From positions 1 through 27,271 of IMG/VR virus record IMGVR_UViG_3300028559_000160: a DNA stretch of 27,271 nt; one strand, written 5' to 3'. The notes below the pieces were generated by a model, which did not search any database, was not told the DNA's origin, and saw only the letters and a program-made list of their open reading frames with translations. The position numbers and the translations under genes were made by a program. Source of the stretch: a virus. Lineage: Duplodnaviria > Caudoviricetes. The first letter of the stretch is position 1; each line of letters opens with the position of its first letter. This document shows positions 19,101 to 25,817 of this stretch, piece by piece.

Positions 19101-22028
19101 CTTTTCCAGATAACTGTTTCAAGTGCTATCGGGAATTACCCTACTATACCTATAAACTTATTAATAAGTGATGGTACGATTCTTTCTTCTGGTCCTTTTT
19201 ATTACTTAGATGATAATACCGGGGAGCAATTATCATACCCATTTTTTTATACTACAGAGAATAATTCTAAAAATACAAACTTAAAAGACTCTATAAAGAT
19301 AGTAGGCTTTGAAACTCCAGCTTCTGCATTTAATCCAGGTATTGTCGGAGATAATATATTTTTACCTGCAGACGGGGCACCCGTTTTATATGATGCATTT
19401 TTAAAGGTGTCTTTATCAGGTTTTAAAGGTGAAATTTTAGATTCATGTTACGATAAATACAACTTAATTTGGAGATGGTCTACGTTTACTGGGTGCACCG
19501 CAAACCCAACAAGTTTTATAGGACTACCTTCAGCTTGGTCTACGATGCAATGTCTATATTCAGCAGGGTCCTTACCCTCTATGACAGCTACACCTGTTAC
19601 TGCAGAGCCCGGTCCGTTTACTAAGACTTGGAAGCCAGAAGGAACATCTAATCTTTCTGCAGAAAGATCGCCCTTTTTTTGTTTTGGTTCTAATATTCTT
19701 TGGACTTTATCTACACAAAGATGGACAATTAATCAATCTAACCCTGGGGATATAACAAATTACACATATCCGTTACAATATCTTAACAACGGTTCCCTAC
19801 CTACTACTATAGATATTAATGCTAATACTCGTCTATTAGTACGTGGTGAACAAATAGTAACCTGTACTATTTCATCTCCTCCATTCGATTGGGGCCTTAA
19901 AGAATTTATTATTTCTGAAGACAGTGCTTTTACAATACTTTCTCGTGGTAATTTTAGCTTTTATTTGTCTAACAAATATATTTTAACAGGAACAGCAATC
20001 ACCTTTGAAAATATTTCCAGAGGTTTTAATAATGTTCAAAGTATTATTATTGATCTCGGAGAAGCTAATAGTATAACTCTAACCCCTGAAACTTTGTATC
20101 AGAATTTTACAGCTACATATAATTCAGTTGGACCTAAAACTATTACTGTTACAACTTATTATCAACCTAGCGCAAGTTTATCCCCCTCTATAGATATTTT
20201 TAGTAATGTAATTAATGTTATACCTTTTTATGATAGTGTTATTCCTGAAAATTATCTTACCGAGAGTACACCTTTAAATTTACCGTATCCTGAAAAACCT
20301 TTAATAGCTTCAAACGAATGGGCTGTTGAAGATAATATCAATTCTGTATTTCGTAAGTTTTACGAAAATTTACAATACCTTGAAACCAGAAGCAACATGT
20401 ATGAATACACTCCAACAGAGTATTATGGCTGGCTTGGTAATATACCCTTAGAAAGTCAAGTTAAAGAAGAAATGAATGAAGTATGTCCTTTATGGACATG
20501 GGTAGACGTTGATTGCTTAGAGAGCGACGAGATTGTACATTGGGAAGATACACAAATAGTTAGTGATGCAACCCCCTCTATAACTACCACAGGACCATTA
20601 GCTAGTTGTGGTACGTGGCAGCAACATCAATGCAGCCTTAATATAGTTAACCCTGATTGTTACGGTAATTATGGAATAGAATGGAAATGGAAATCACGTA
20701 AAGCTGCAGCTTCTACAAAATTAATAACATGGAAAACTACAAAATGTAATGAAGCTTATGCAAAAAAATGGAAATTTGAACCTTGGATTACTCAAAACGG
20801 AGAAACCATAACAGGTATACCGTGTGTTATTGGAGAGTGGCATGTTAATATTCCAAAAATTGATACGTTTAGAGATCCAATTCCAAGCTGTAAACCCTTA
20901 ACTAGATGTAGTTATAGGGATATTGTAAGTAGGAATAATATTCTTTATGTTGCTTTAAATACTGAAATAAAAATTTTATCCTCTAATTACTCTCCGATAC
21001 AAATAACTAACAAGCGTTTAATAGATGATGTATTTTCTTTTAGAAATATTAAAGCTATTGGACTCGATTCTACAGACAAACTTTTTGTATTAGACGGAAC
21101 ACTAAATAAGATAGCATCATATAAAGTAGATTTAACGCAGTCGATACCGTTTGAAAATTATCTATCCTGGGGTGGCTTCGGTTCAAAAAAATCAACCTCA
21201 AAATTTTCAAGACCTAACGACTTACATATTGATGCTGAGGATAATATTTGGATAACTGACACCGGTAATAACTGTATTAAACAATACTCAAATAACGGTA
21301 GCTGGCTTCAAACTATTACTAATGAAATTTTAGACAATAATCCACCTATTAGTATGTGTGTAGATAGTGCTAATAGTTTACACGTATTAACAAACAAAAG
21401 TGTGTATGTATTTTCTAATCGAGGGGAATTTGTAAATGAATATTCGTTTTTAGACGAGGCAACAGAAACCCCTCTAAGAATTACTACAAGCTATAATAGA
21501 GAGGTCATTTATATTAATACACCATCACAAGTTATAAAATATTTTAGAAATGGGGTATTTTTTGGATTTTTAGCAAACAATCTGCAATGTGTCACAAACA
21601 TTAGCAGTGTTTATCAGGATGAATATCGAAACACATTGATAGCTTCTGAAGATAAAATAGTCAAGTATGTTGATTTAATGACCACTAAGAGCATAAAGGG
21701 CAATCTACCAACTACATACAGAACTTTAACAGATTTACTTATTCACAAAGAAGAGTACATACAAAGCTGGGTATATACAAGATCGTTTCAAAAATTGTGG
21801 GATAATATTGAGATATTTAGGCATGCATTAATTTTTGATAATAGTAATCTCTGCAAACAATATGTGCCCCCTGTACACAATAAAAATAAACTTACAGTTG
21901 GACAAAACGAAATTGTTACATCTTCTGTTATTAATAGAAATATTAACTATCTTTGGGATAATTTTTTAACATTGCTAAATTATTTTGATCCAAAATGTAT
22001 ACAATCAATTGAAGAAAAAAACTTATAA
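16137..22028 (+). CDS. Giant multidomain tail/baseplate appendage protein (CBM-like jelly-roll, delta-60 beta-propeller, PKD-like, W/C repeats, NHL propeller)
   Basis: 1963 aa. Seven GF[ND]..V....I.VGG.F repeats at 17271-18383. NHL motif FSRPNDLHIDAEDNIWITDTGNNCIKQY. Jelly-roll motifs TNYLLSSESF..W, SPDG, YTYSVFV, WRRC, IWGSQ, PYIST. PKD-like ITFENIS...IIDLGE...TYNSVGPKTITVT. Confidence 0.8.
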   Translation: MALGAITVSAVRFDNEPFVRSLTATILPGTGTVPFGTETVAWLYSDEVWAVTKTGQSYVSETTGTYTQLSTVYFYVSTDTYDFRVASYDLFEQVILAVYLDPVPNIFSSDSVQIIYDNFPNIQVPTLYFNNENTNFSSLFYREKRPQYTFNLSATVEESFINPTNYLLSSESFNSWTIQKNITATKQGQLSPDGESLATLLIPISTSIFNTIGSISNFNNILGTTPHPPGTYTVGPTGYTVFGNGQNAVFDIKVTSASAVSAIEILNGGQNFSPGDLITINNSIFNLETDTYPISFEVENILNVNHELGQNVYLDPDTYTYSVFVYPLSGKYVYLKGFNKGEVIFDIEQGLSYPNGNWLNSTVDFVDTSLPIFNPLGVGFNDVVRSVVVSSDRIFVGGDFTSYNNIPVNRFICLDRDGVPVPTFTVGSGFDSSVRVITPSQDGSSLFVGGDFTEYSGISAGRIISINASTGDALPGLTALPGLTGLGFNDQVLSIAVSGTNLFVGGAFTEYRDVSSNRIICLQSEDGAVNSNFITDSGFNDIVRTIAVDSSNNRVYVGGDFTQYKTTTTKVQRIICLNRVGSYVSGFTPNTSAFDDSVFALKLDSDNKVLVGGSFTNYDKINRRGIARLLTTGKTDAAFNPGNGFEYEAGSTTRATVKSITIDPVDTNIYVGGTFTVYNNEPNNKGIISLTPTGSKNIDFNNSNLYSTLELEDLALTIELLSNSIFVGGAFNLIRTRPIGRLVELNKTGTIPTLTITENRFQLWRRCTATFSLSDGDNYDAYIGITTNTESVSSATTGTETLLIWGSQINRGQASTFAPYISTLHVPRTVKYNDTWISFNNSNIKAGTVPLTSTIYSALCSFNTPTPTVCSINITLSARSTFDSFSPWFTPHIVTNSLTGVFLQKMLTADFIGFPVNYFDSFGRQITDLNFVTETYTTSPGLCFYGEGHTEVIKLSAKNQTDISSYYWTIGNEDTSFYDISAIDSINGLFQITVSSAIGNYPTIPINLLISDGTILSSGPFYYLDDNTGEQLSYPFFYTTENNSKNTNLKDSIKIVGFETPASAFNPGIVGDNIFLPADGAPVLYDAFLKVSLSGFKGEILDSCYDKYNLIWRWSTFTGCTANPTSFIGLPSAWSTMQCLYSAGSLPSMTATPVTAEPGPFTKTWKPEGTSNLSAERSPFFCFGSNILWTLSTQRWTINQSNPGDITNYTYPLQYLNNGSLPTTIDINANTRLLVRGEQIVTCTISSPPFDWGLKEFIISEDSAFTILSRGNFSFYLSNKYILTGTAITFENISRGFNNVQSIIIDLGEANSITLTPETLYQNFTATYNSVGPKTITVTTYYQPSASLSPSIDIFSNVINVIPFYDSVIPENYLTESTPLNLPYPEKPLIASNEWAVEDNINSVFRKFYENLQYLETRSNMYEYTPTEYYGWLGNIPLESQVKEEMNEVCPLWTWVDVDCLESDEIVHWEDTQIVSDATPSITTTGPLASCGTWQQHQCSLNIVNPDCYGNYGIEWKWKSRKAAASTKLITWKTTKCNEAYAKKWKFEPWITQNGETITGIPCVIGEWHVNIPKIDTFRDPIPSCKPLTRCSYRDIVSRNNILYVALNTEIKILSSNYSPIQITNKRLIDDVFSFRNIKAIGLDSTDKLFVLDGTLNKIASYKVDLTQSIPFENYLSWGGFGSKKSTSKFSRPNDLHIDAEDNIWITDTGNNCIKQYSNNGSWLQTITNEILDNNPPISMCVDSANSLHVLTNKSVYVFSNRGEFVNEYSFLDEATETPLRITTSYNREVIYINTPSQVIKYFRNGVFFGFLANNLQCVTNISSVYQDEYRNTLIASEDKIVKYVDLMTTKSIKGNLPTTYRTLTDLLIHKEEYIQSWVYTRSFQKLWDNIEIFRHALIFDNSNLCKQYVPPVHNKNKLTVGQNEIVTSSVINRNINYLWDNFLTLLNYFDPKCIQSIEEKNL
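17271..18383 (+). repeat. Seven delta-60 (DUF5122-like) beta-propeller repeats
   Basis: Cores IFVGGDF, LFVGGDF, LFVGGAF, VYVGGDF, VLVGGSF, IYVGGTF, IFVGGAF, spaced roughly 50-60 aa apart. Confidence 0.85.
17553..17588 (+). repeat. 18-nt in-frame tandem duplication (ALPGLT x2)
   Basis: gcccttccgggtttaacc / gcgcttccgggcttaaca: 15/18 identical, and all three differences are synonymous third positions. Confidence 0.9.
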
Positions 22029-22057
22029 AAGTAATACCTTTTAAAGTATTATTTTTA
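22026..22057 (+). terminator. AT-rich hairpin at the end of the 1963-aa gene (possible weak terminator or processing stem)
   Basis: taaaagtaatac (22026-22037) pairs with gtattattttta (22046-22057): 12 bp with one G-U and an 8-nt loop. Low GC content makes it weak. Confidence 0.35.
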
Positions 22058-22092
22058 CAATATGAACAATGTAGTAATTATAAAAATAGATA

Positions 22093-22099
22093 TTAAATA
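22093..22099 (+). promoter_or_regulatory. Late-promoter-like TTAAATA
   Basis: Intergenic, 12 nt before ATG 22112. Confidence 0.6.
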
Positions 22100-22111
22100 A
22101 TAAACAAAGAT

Positions 22112-23833
22112 ATGGCGCGTGTTGAAACTACCACTATTCAAAAAACAGAATGTATTGGCAATTCTTTAATTACTATTAATAGCAATTTTGATAATCTTAA
22201 AAATGCTATTAACACTCTTCAGACCGGTATTGCTTTACAAGATGAGACAGTGCAATTAAGCACTAATATAGAAACTATAAATTTTGTAGGCGCTGGAGTA
22301 AACACTATTATAGAAAACGGTATAGCAAATATCAATATACCCGGTAATGAACCACTTAAGGTAGCTCGATTAGAGGAGCAAGGTATAAATTCCGGTGGTG
22401 GTAAAAATAATTTTTTTATATTAAACGACGGTTCAATGAGAGTCTGTGGCTTTAATGCTAATGGAAGTTTAGGAACCGGTCTAGGGGATGTTCGTGTATA
22501 TACTCCAAAAATACCTGCTTTCAACCCCCCTCTCGAGGTAGACGAGAGTATAGCTAAGTTACAAACACAAGGAGATTGTACATACGCTATTACAACTAAG
22601 GGTCGACTATATGGTGCTGGTTATAATGCTCAGGGACAGTTAGGACAAGGCAACACTGTAGCTTTTTATACTGTGTTTAGTTTTATAGATGTAACGGGTA
22701 ACGGTTATACCGCGGCACCTAATGACCCTATAACCCACATATCAACTGGTACAGGCTTTCAATTTACTTTTACTACAATATTTGCATTAACAAAATCTGG
22801 CAACCTTTATGCTTGGGGTTATAATAATTTAAGTCAAGCAGGAATCTCTCAAAGACAGACCGGTAACACAATAACGGTACCTCGCCCCGTTTCAAATCTC
22901 GGGATAAGAGGTCGTTTAGTTACTTCTGGCGGCAATAGAAATGCTACTACCACTTTTGTTGTTGATAGCGACGATAAGCTTTATGTTGTAGGCCGTAATG
23001 CCGATGGACAAGCAGGTATTAATGACAATACAGGCCCAGAAATTAATATAAGTAATTTTACACTTGTTCAAGGTCTACCTTCTGGGTATCGGGTTAACAA
23101 TATTCGAGTCGGTGGAACGGCTAATAACATTACCACCTTTGTAATATTAAAAGATGGAACACTATGGGCAGCTGGAAGAAACACCAATGGGGTAGTGTTC
23201 GGAAACGCAACAACGTCTCCTGCTAATCAAATCTCTTTTACAAGAGTTTCTGGATTTACAGACGCAGATTATGTTGTAGACGTTGTTGCACATATAGATG
23301 CAAACTCTGTTACTTGCTGGGCACTTATAAGAGACGGAGATTTTTACAGGTTAAAAAGTTGGGGTAACGACTCTTTTGGGCAAATGGGCGTTGATAGTGT
23401 TGCAACAACAAGAGGGGTAGTATCTAGTATTAATTGGCCCTGGATAAGAAGTGGGGCTAAAGTAAAGCAAATAGTTGTTGCAGGTGCAGGTACTGCAAAA
23501 ACAACACTTGTTCTAGATACAAATAACTATTTATGGGCAGCTGGTTATGGTGGTACAGGCTTATTAGGTAACGGTACACTCACTGTTACAAATAATACAT
23601 TTCGAAGAGTGCTTTTTAATCCAGCTCTAGGTACCCCTGTTGAAATTAGAAGCACTAATAATGACTTCGGCCGTCCACCGCCTGGCCGTGGTTATATTGC
23701 TAACTTTTTAGTATTATTAAATACTGGAAAAGTTCTTGGCTGGGGATACGACAACGTAAGTTCAGGTCAACTCGGCGTAGATGCTTTTCCTGAGATTACT
23801 ACTATACCTAGCATTGTACAAATTAAAAATTAA
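22112..23833 (+). CDS. RCC1/BLIP-II repeat beta-propeller protein with an N-terminal fibre-attachment motif (candidate receptor-binding protein)
   Basis: Repeats DGSMRVCGFN.NGSLG.G, GRLYGAGYNAQGQLGQG, GNLYAWGYN, LYVVGRNADGQAG, GTLWAAGRN, KSWGNDSFGQMG, LWAAGYGGTGLLGNG, GKVLGWGY...GQLG. N-terminus ECIGNSLITINSNFDNL. Confidence 0.85.
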   Translation: MARVETTTIQKTECIGNSLITINSNFDNLKNAINTLQTGIALQDETVQLSTNIETINFVGAGVNTIIENGIANINIPGNEPLKVARLEEQGINSGGGKNNFFILNDGSMRVCGFNANGSLGTGLGDVRVYTPKIPAFNPPLEVDESIAKLQTQGDCTYAITTKGRLYGAGYNAQGQLGQGNTVAFYTVFSFIDVTGNGYTAAPNDPITHISTGTGFQFTFTTIFALTKSGNLYAWGYNNLSQAGISQRQTGNTITVPRPVSNLGIRGRLVTSGGNRNATTTFVVDSDDKLYVVGRNADGQAGINDNTGPEINISNFTLVQGLPSGYRVNNIRVGGTANNITTFVILKDGTLWAAGRNTNGVVFGNATTSPANQISFTRVSGFTDADYVVDVVAHIDANSVTCWALIRDGDFYRLKSWGNDSFGQMGVDSVATTRGVVSSINWPWIRSGAKVKQIVVAGAGTAKTTLVLDTNNYLWAAGYGGTGLLGNGTLTVTNNTFRRVLFNPALGTPVEIRSTNNDFGRPPPGRGYIANFLVLLNTGKVLGWGYDNVSSGQLGVDAFPEITTIPSIVQIKN

Positions 23834-23843
23834 ATTATAATAT

Positions 23844-24332
23844 ATGAGCTTCTTTACTACAACAATAGATGAAAATCAATGCATTGGAGACTCTCTTGAA
23901 ACTCTTAATGCTAATTTTAGTGCTTTAGATACAGCTACACTTAATCTTTATACAGCACCGGTTGTAGCGTTTACTTGCGAAAGAAACGGAACTGGCACTC
24001 AAAATCAATTTATGAGTTTTGGTAGTGGTGCAACTCAACATGAAGGAACATGTATGCCCTTTGCGGGTAAAATTATCTCTGCTACTTTACAGGTTTACGG
24101 AGTTACTGGTACAGTTACAACAGACCCTTGTGTTAACGGTGTAGCGCAACAAGAGTATAGACTTACAACTACCGGTATTAATTTAACTGGTAATAATATT
24201 CGGTATTACACTGCTCCGCAACTGTTGTTTAATGTTGGAGATAGGTTAGGGTGGAAGCAGGTAGGTATACCCTCCTCTGCAAACTGTTATAATGTAACAT
24301 TTATAGTAGAGTTTAGCGGTGTACAAATATAA
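23844..24332 (+). CDS. Small fibre/spike-like protein sharing the N-terminal CIG[ND]SL..[IL]N.NF motif, with a beta-rich C-terminal head
   Basis: N-terminus QCIGDSLETLNANFSAL is paralogous to that of the upstream gene; the C-terminal ~120 aa is beta-strand-like. Confidence 0.7.
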   Translation: MSFFTTTIDENQCIGDSLETLNANFSALDTATLNLYTAPVVAFTCERNGTGTQNQFMSFGSGATQHEGTCMPFAGKIISATLQVYGVTGTVTTDPCVNGVAQQEYRLTTTGINLTGNNIRYYTAPQLLFNVGDRLGWKQVGIPSSANCYNVTFIVEFSGVQI

Positions 24333-24340
24333 AAAACAGC

Positions 24341-24356
24341 CTAAATAGAATAAATA
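24341..24356 (+). promoter_or_regulatory. Tandem late-promoter-like motifs (CTAAATA, ATAAATA)
   Basis: TAAATA at 24342-24347 and 24351-24356, upstream of ATG 24371. Confidence 0.65.
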
Positions 24357-24370
24357 TAATTATAAACCAT

Positions 24371-25159
24371 ATGAAGCAAAACCCTCTTTCCGAAATTTAT
24401 GAATCAAAGGTATTAACCTCTGAAGCAGTTCCCTCTAACAAAGTTAAAGGAGACAAAGAACTTGACGATATGATGGATGCTAAAAAAGCTCGTCCAGTAT
24501 CAGGTCAAGGACCAGAAGCTTGTAAAAAAGATGTACATGCACCAAAAGAGATGCATGGCACTGAAGTACACGACCCTAAAGTTTTAAAAGATTCTATGGA
24601 AAAACCAACAAAATCATTTGAAGGCTCATTTGAAAAGCTCTTCAAAGCAACAATTAATGAGCAGTTCCCTGGTGAAGAAGAAATGGGTATGGAAATGGAA
24701 GTTGAAGTGCCTACTTCAGACGACGAAATGATGGATGAGCTCGAAGGTGAAAAAGACGAAGTAACAGATCTGGTTTCTGATCTTAAATCAGTAATGGACC
24801 ATCTTCAAAATATCCTTGATAAAATTTCTGAAGAAACAGGTGGTGGAGAAGAAAAGTCAGAAGAAGAAGTAGAATTCGGAGATCAAGAAGCCAACGACGT
24901 TGAAGATCTCGAAATGGAAGAAGAGCCAGTTAAAGAAGCAACAGAGCTAAAACCTCTTGGCGACAAGAGTAAGGTGCTTCAGAACAAGAGTAACAAAGTT
25001 GGTGGACATCCAAAAGTTCACGGCGGTAAGGCACACGGTGGAGATGTTGATTCAGATCCTAAGTTAAAGCCAGCTAAGGGTCATGATAAATCATATCAAA
25101 ACCCAAAAGGTAAGCCTGAGGTTAAGTCGACTGTTAAAAAAGGCGATTTCTTTAAATAA
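24371..25159 (+). CDS. Highly charged, probably abundant protein; candidate prohead core/scaffold or internal head protein
   Basis: Very acidic centre with a helical segment (VTDLVSDLKSVMDHLQNILDKI) and a Lys/Gly/His-rich C-tail. It has its own double promoter motif and a strong terminator. Function is inferred. Confidence 0.6.
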   Translation: MKQNPLSEIYESKVLTSEAVPSNKVKGDKELDDMMDAKKARPVSGQGPEACKKDVHAPKEMHGTEVHDPKVLKDSMEKPTKSFEGSFEKLFKATINEQFPGEEEMGMEMEVEVPTSDDEMMDELEGEKDEVTDLVSDLKSVMDHLQNILDKISEETGGGEEKSEEEVEFGDQEANDVEDLEMEEEPVKEATELKPLGDKSKVLQNKSNKVGGHPKVHGGKAHGGDVDSDPKLKPAKGHDKSYQNPKGKPEVKSTVKKGDFFK

Positions 25160-25179
25160 TAACTATTTACAGAATTAAT

Positions 25180-25209
25180 AGACGGCCCCGTAAGGGGCCG
25201 TTTCTGTTT
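25180..25209 (+). terminator. Rho-independent terminator
   Basis: Stem ACGGCCCC (25182-25189) / GGGGCCGT (25194-25201) with a GTAA (GNRA) loop, followed by TTCTGTTT; ~20 nt after stop 25159. Confidence 0.9.
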
Positions 25210-25221
25210 ATAGAGAAAAGC

Positions 25222-25228
25222 TTAAATA
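25222..25228 (+). promoter_or_regulatory. Late-promoter-like TTAAATA
   Basis: Downstream of the terminator, 6 nt before ATG 25235. Confidence 0.7.
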
Positions 25229-25234
25229 CAATAT

Positions 25235-25816
25235 ATGAAGAAATTATTTGAAGAAGAATTTGACAAAGCTTATCTCAAATATCATACACACCCAGTAACC
25301 CCCAACTCCTTTCATCCTCGAATTTGGTACTTCTCTCCTGATGGAGGAGACCCTGTTTTACAACCTGCTGTTAAATCTCAAATACTAAAAGATATTGAAA
25401 TAATAAATTCTGCAGAACATGGAGGTGGCAGAAAAAGGGTGTGGGAATATTTTATGGTTGGTCCTGCACTTGAAGAAGGAACATCCAAAAAATGTGCTAT
25501 AAACATATTAGTCTTAATTGATAAAACAAACCTTGATGATATGATTAAGGAAAGGATTCTTCAAACTATTAAGCAAATAAATGGAAGATTAGCTACTGGC
25601 TCTTTACACCCTATTTACTATATACCCACTATTAGAAATTTAGATCAAGAGAGATACCCAGCCATCTACCACCCTTATACAGATAAATGGGTTAAGAAGC
25701 CAAGATTTCTTGGTGAAGCAAAAATAGATTTAAAAGACATTGCAAGAGATCCTGCACACAAAAAGAATCGTAAACATCCCCTAAAGAAGGGCTTTAAAAA
25801 ACTAGCAACTATCTAA
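25235..25816 (+). CDS. Pol-beta-type nucleotidyltransferase-fold protein, probably catalytically inactive
   Basis: HPRIW...LQPAVKSQIL, FMVGP(x10)AINILVLID, HPIYY and AIY....DKWVKKP follow the layout I recall for phage NTase-like proteins (LNP.IW...L.PEV..LL, TGS(x10)DIDLH, GVY....W.KKP), but with GS->GP and DxD->AxN. Confidence 0.6.
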   Translation: MKKLFEEEFDKAYLKYHTHPVTPNSFHPRIWYFSPDGGDPVLQPAVKSQILKDIEIINSAEHGGGRKRVWEYFMVGPALEEGTSKKCAINILVLIDKTNLDDMIKERILQTIKQINGRLATGSLHPIYYIPTIRNLDQERYPAIYHPYTDKWVKKPRFLGEAKIDLKDIARDPAHKKNRKHPLKKGFKKLATI

Positions 25817-25817
25817 C

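Noticed and set aside
773-22524. Short ORF-track entries overlapping long genes (773-1078, 3934-4164, 4756-4950, 5451-5669, 7019-7213, 10812-11036, 13989-14201, 15312-15506, 15803-16036, 18167-18376, 22219-22524)
   Set aside because: All lie wholly inside well-supported long CDSs, in antisense or alternate frames, with no recognisable motifs. They are best explained as shadow ORFs.
23668-23688. GC-rich CGGCC...GGCCG inverted repeat encoding GRPPPGR
   Set aside because: Only a 5-bp stem inside a CDS, explained by the Gly/Arg/Pro codons.
23831-23841. TAAATT / TATAAT upstream of ATG 23844 as a promoter
   Set aside because: It mismatches the TAAATA core and overlaps the upstream stop codon; co-transcription with the RCC1 gene is the simpler explanation.
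22112-24332. Diversity-generating retroelement target or foreign GC-richer island in the RCC1 and small fibre genes
   Set aside because: No reverse transcriptase and no near-identical template/variable repeat pair was seen in the window. The higher GC is explicable by Gly/Ala/Thr-rich protein composition.
25153-25169. TAAATA and its inverse TATTTA just after the acidic-protein gene (possible small-RNA or antisense promoter)
   Set aside because: The plus copy is formed by the AAA-TAA gene end and would fire straight into the terminator. The minus copy has no supported ORF downstream; chance occurrence is likely.
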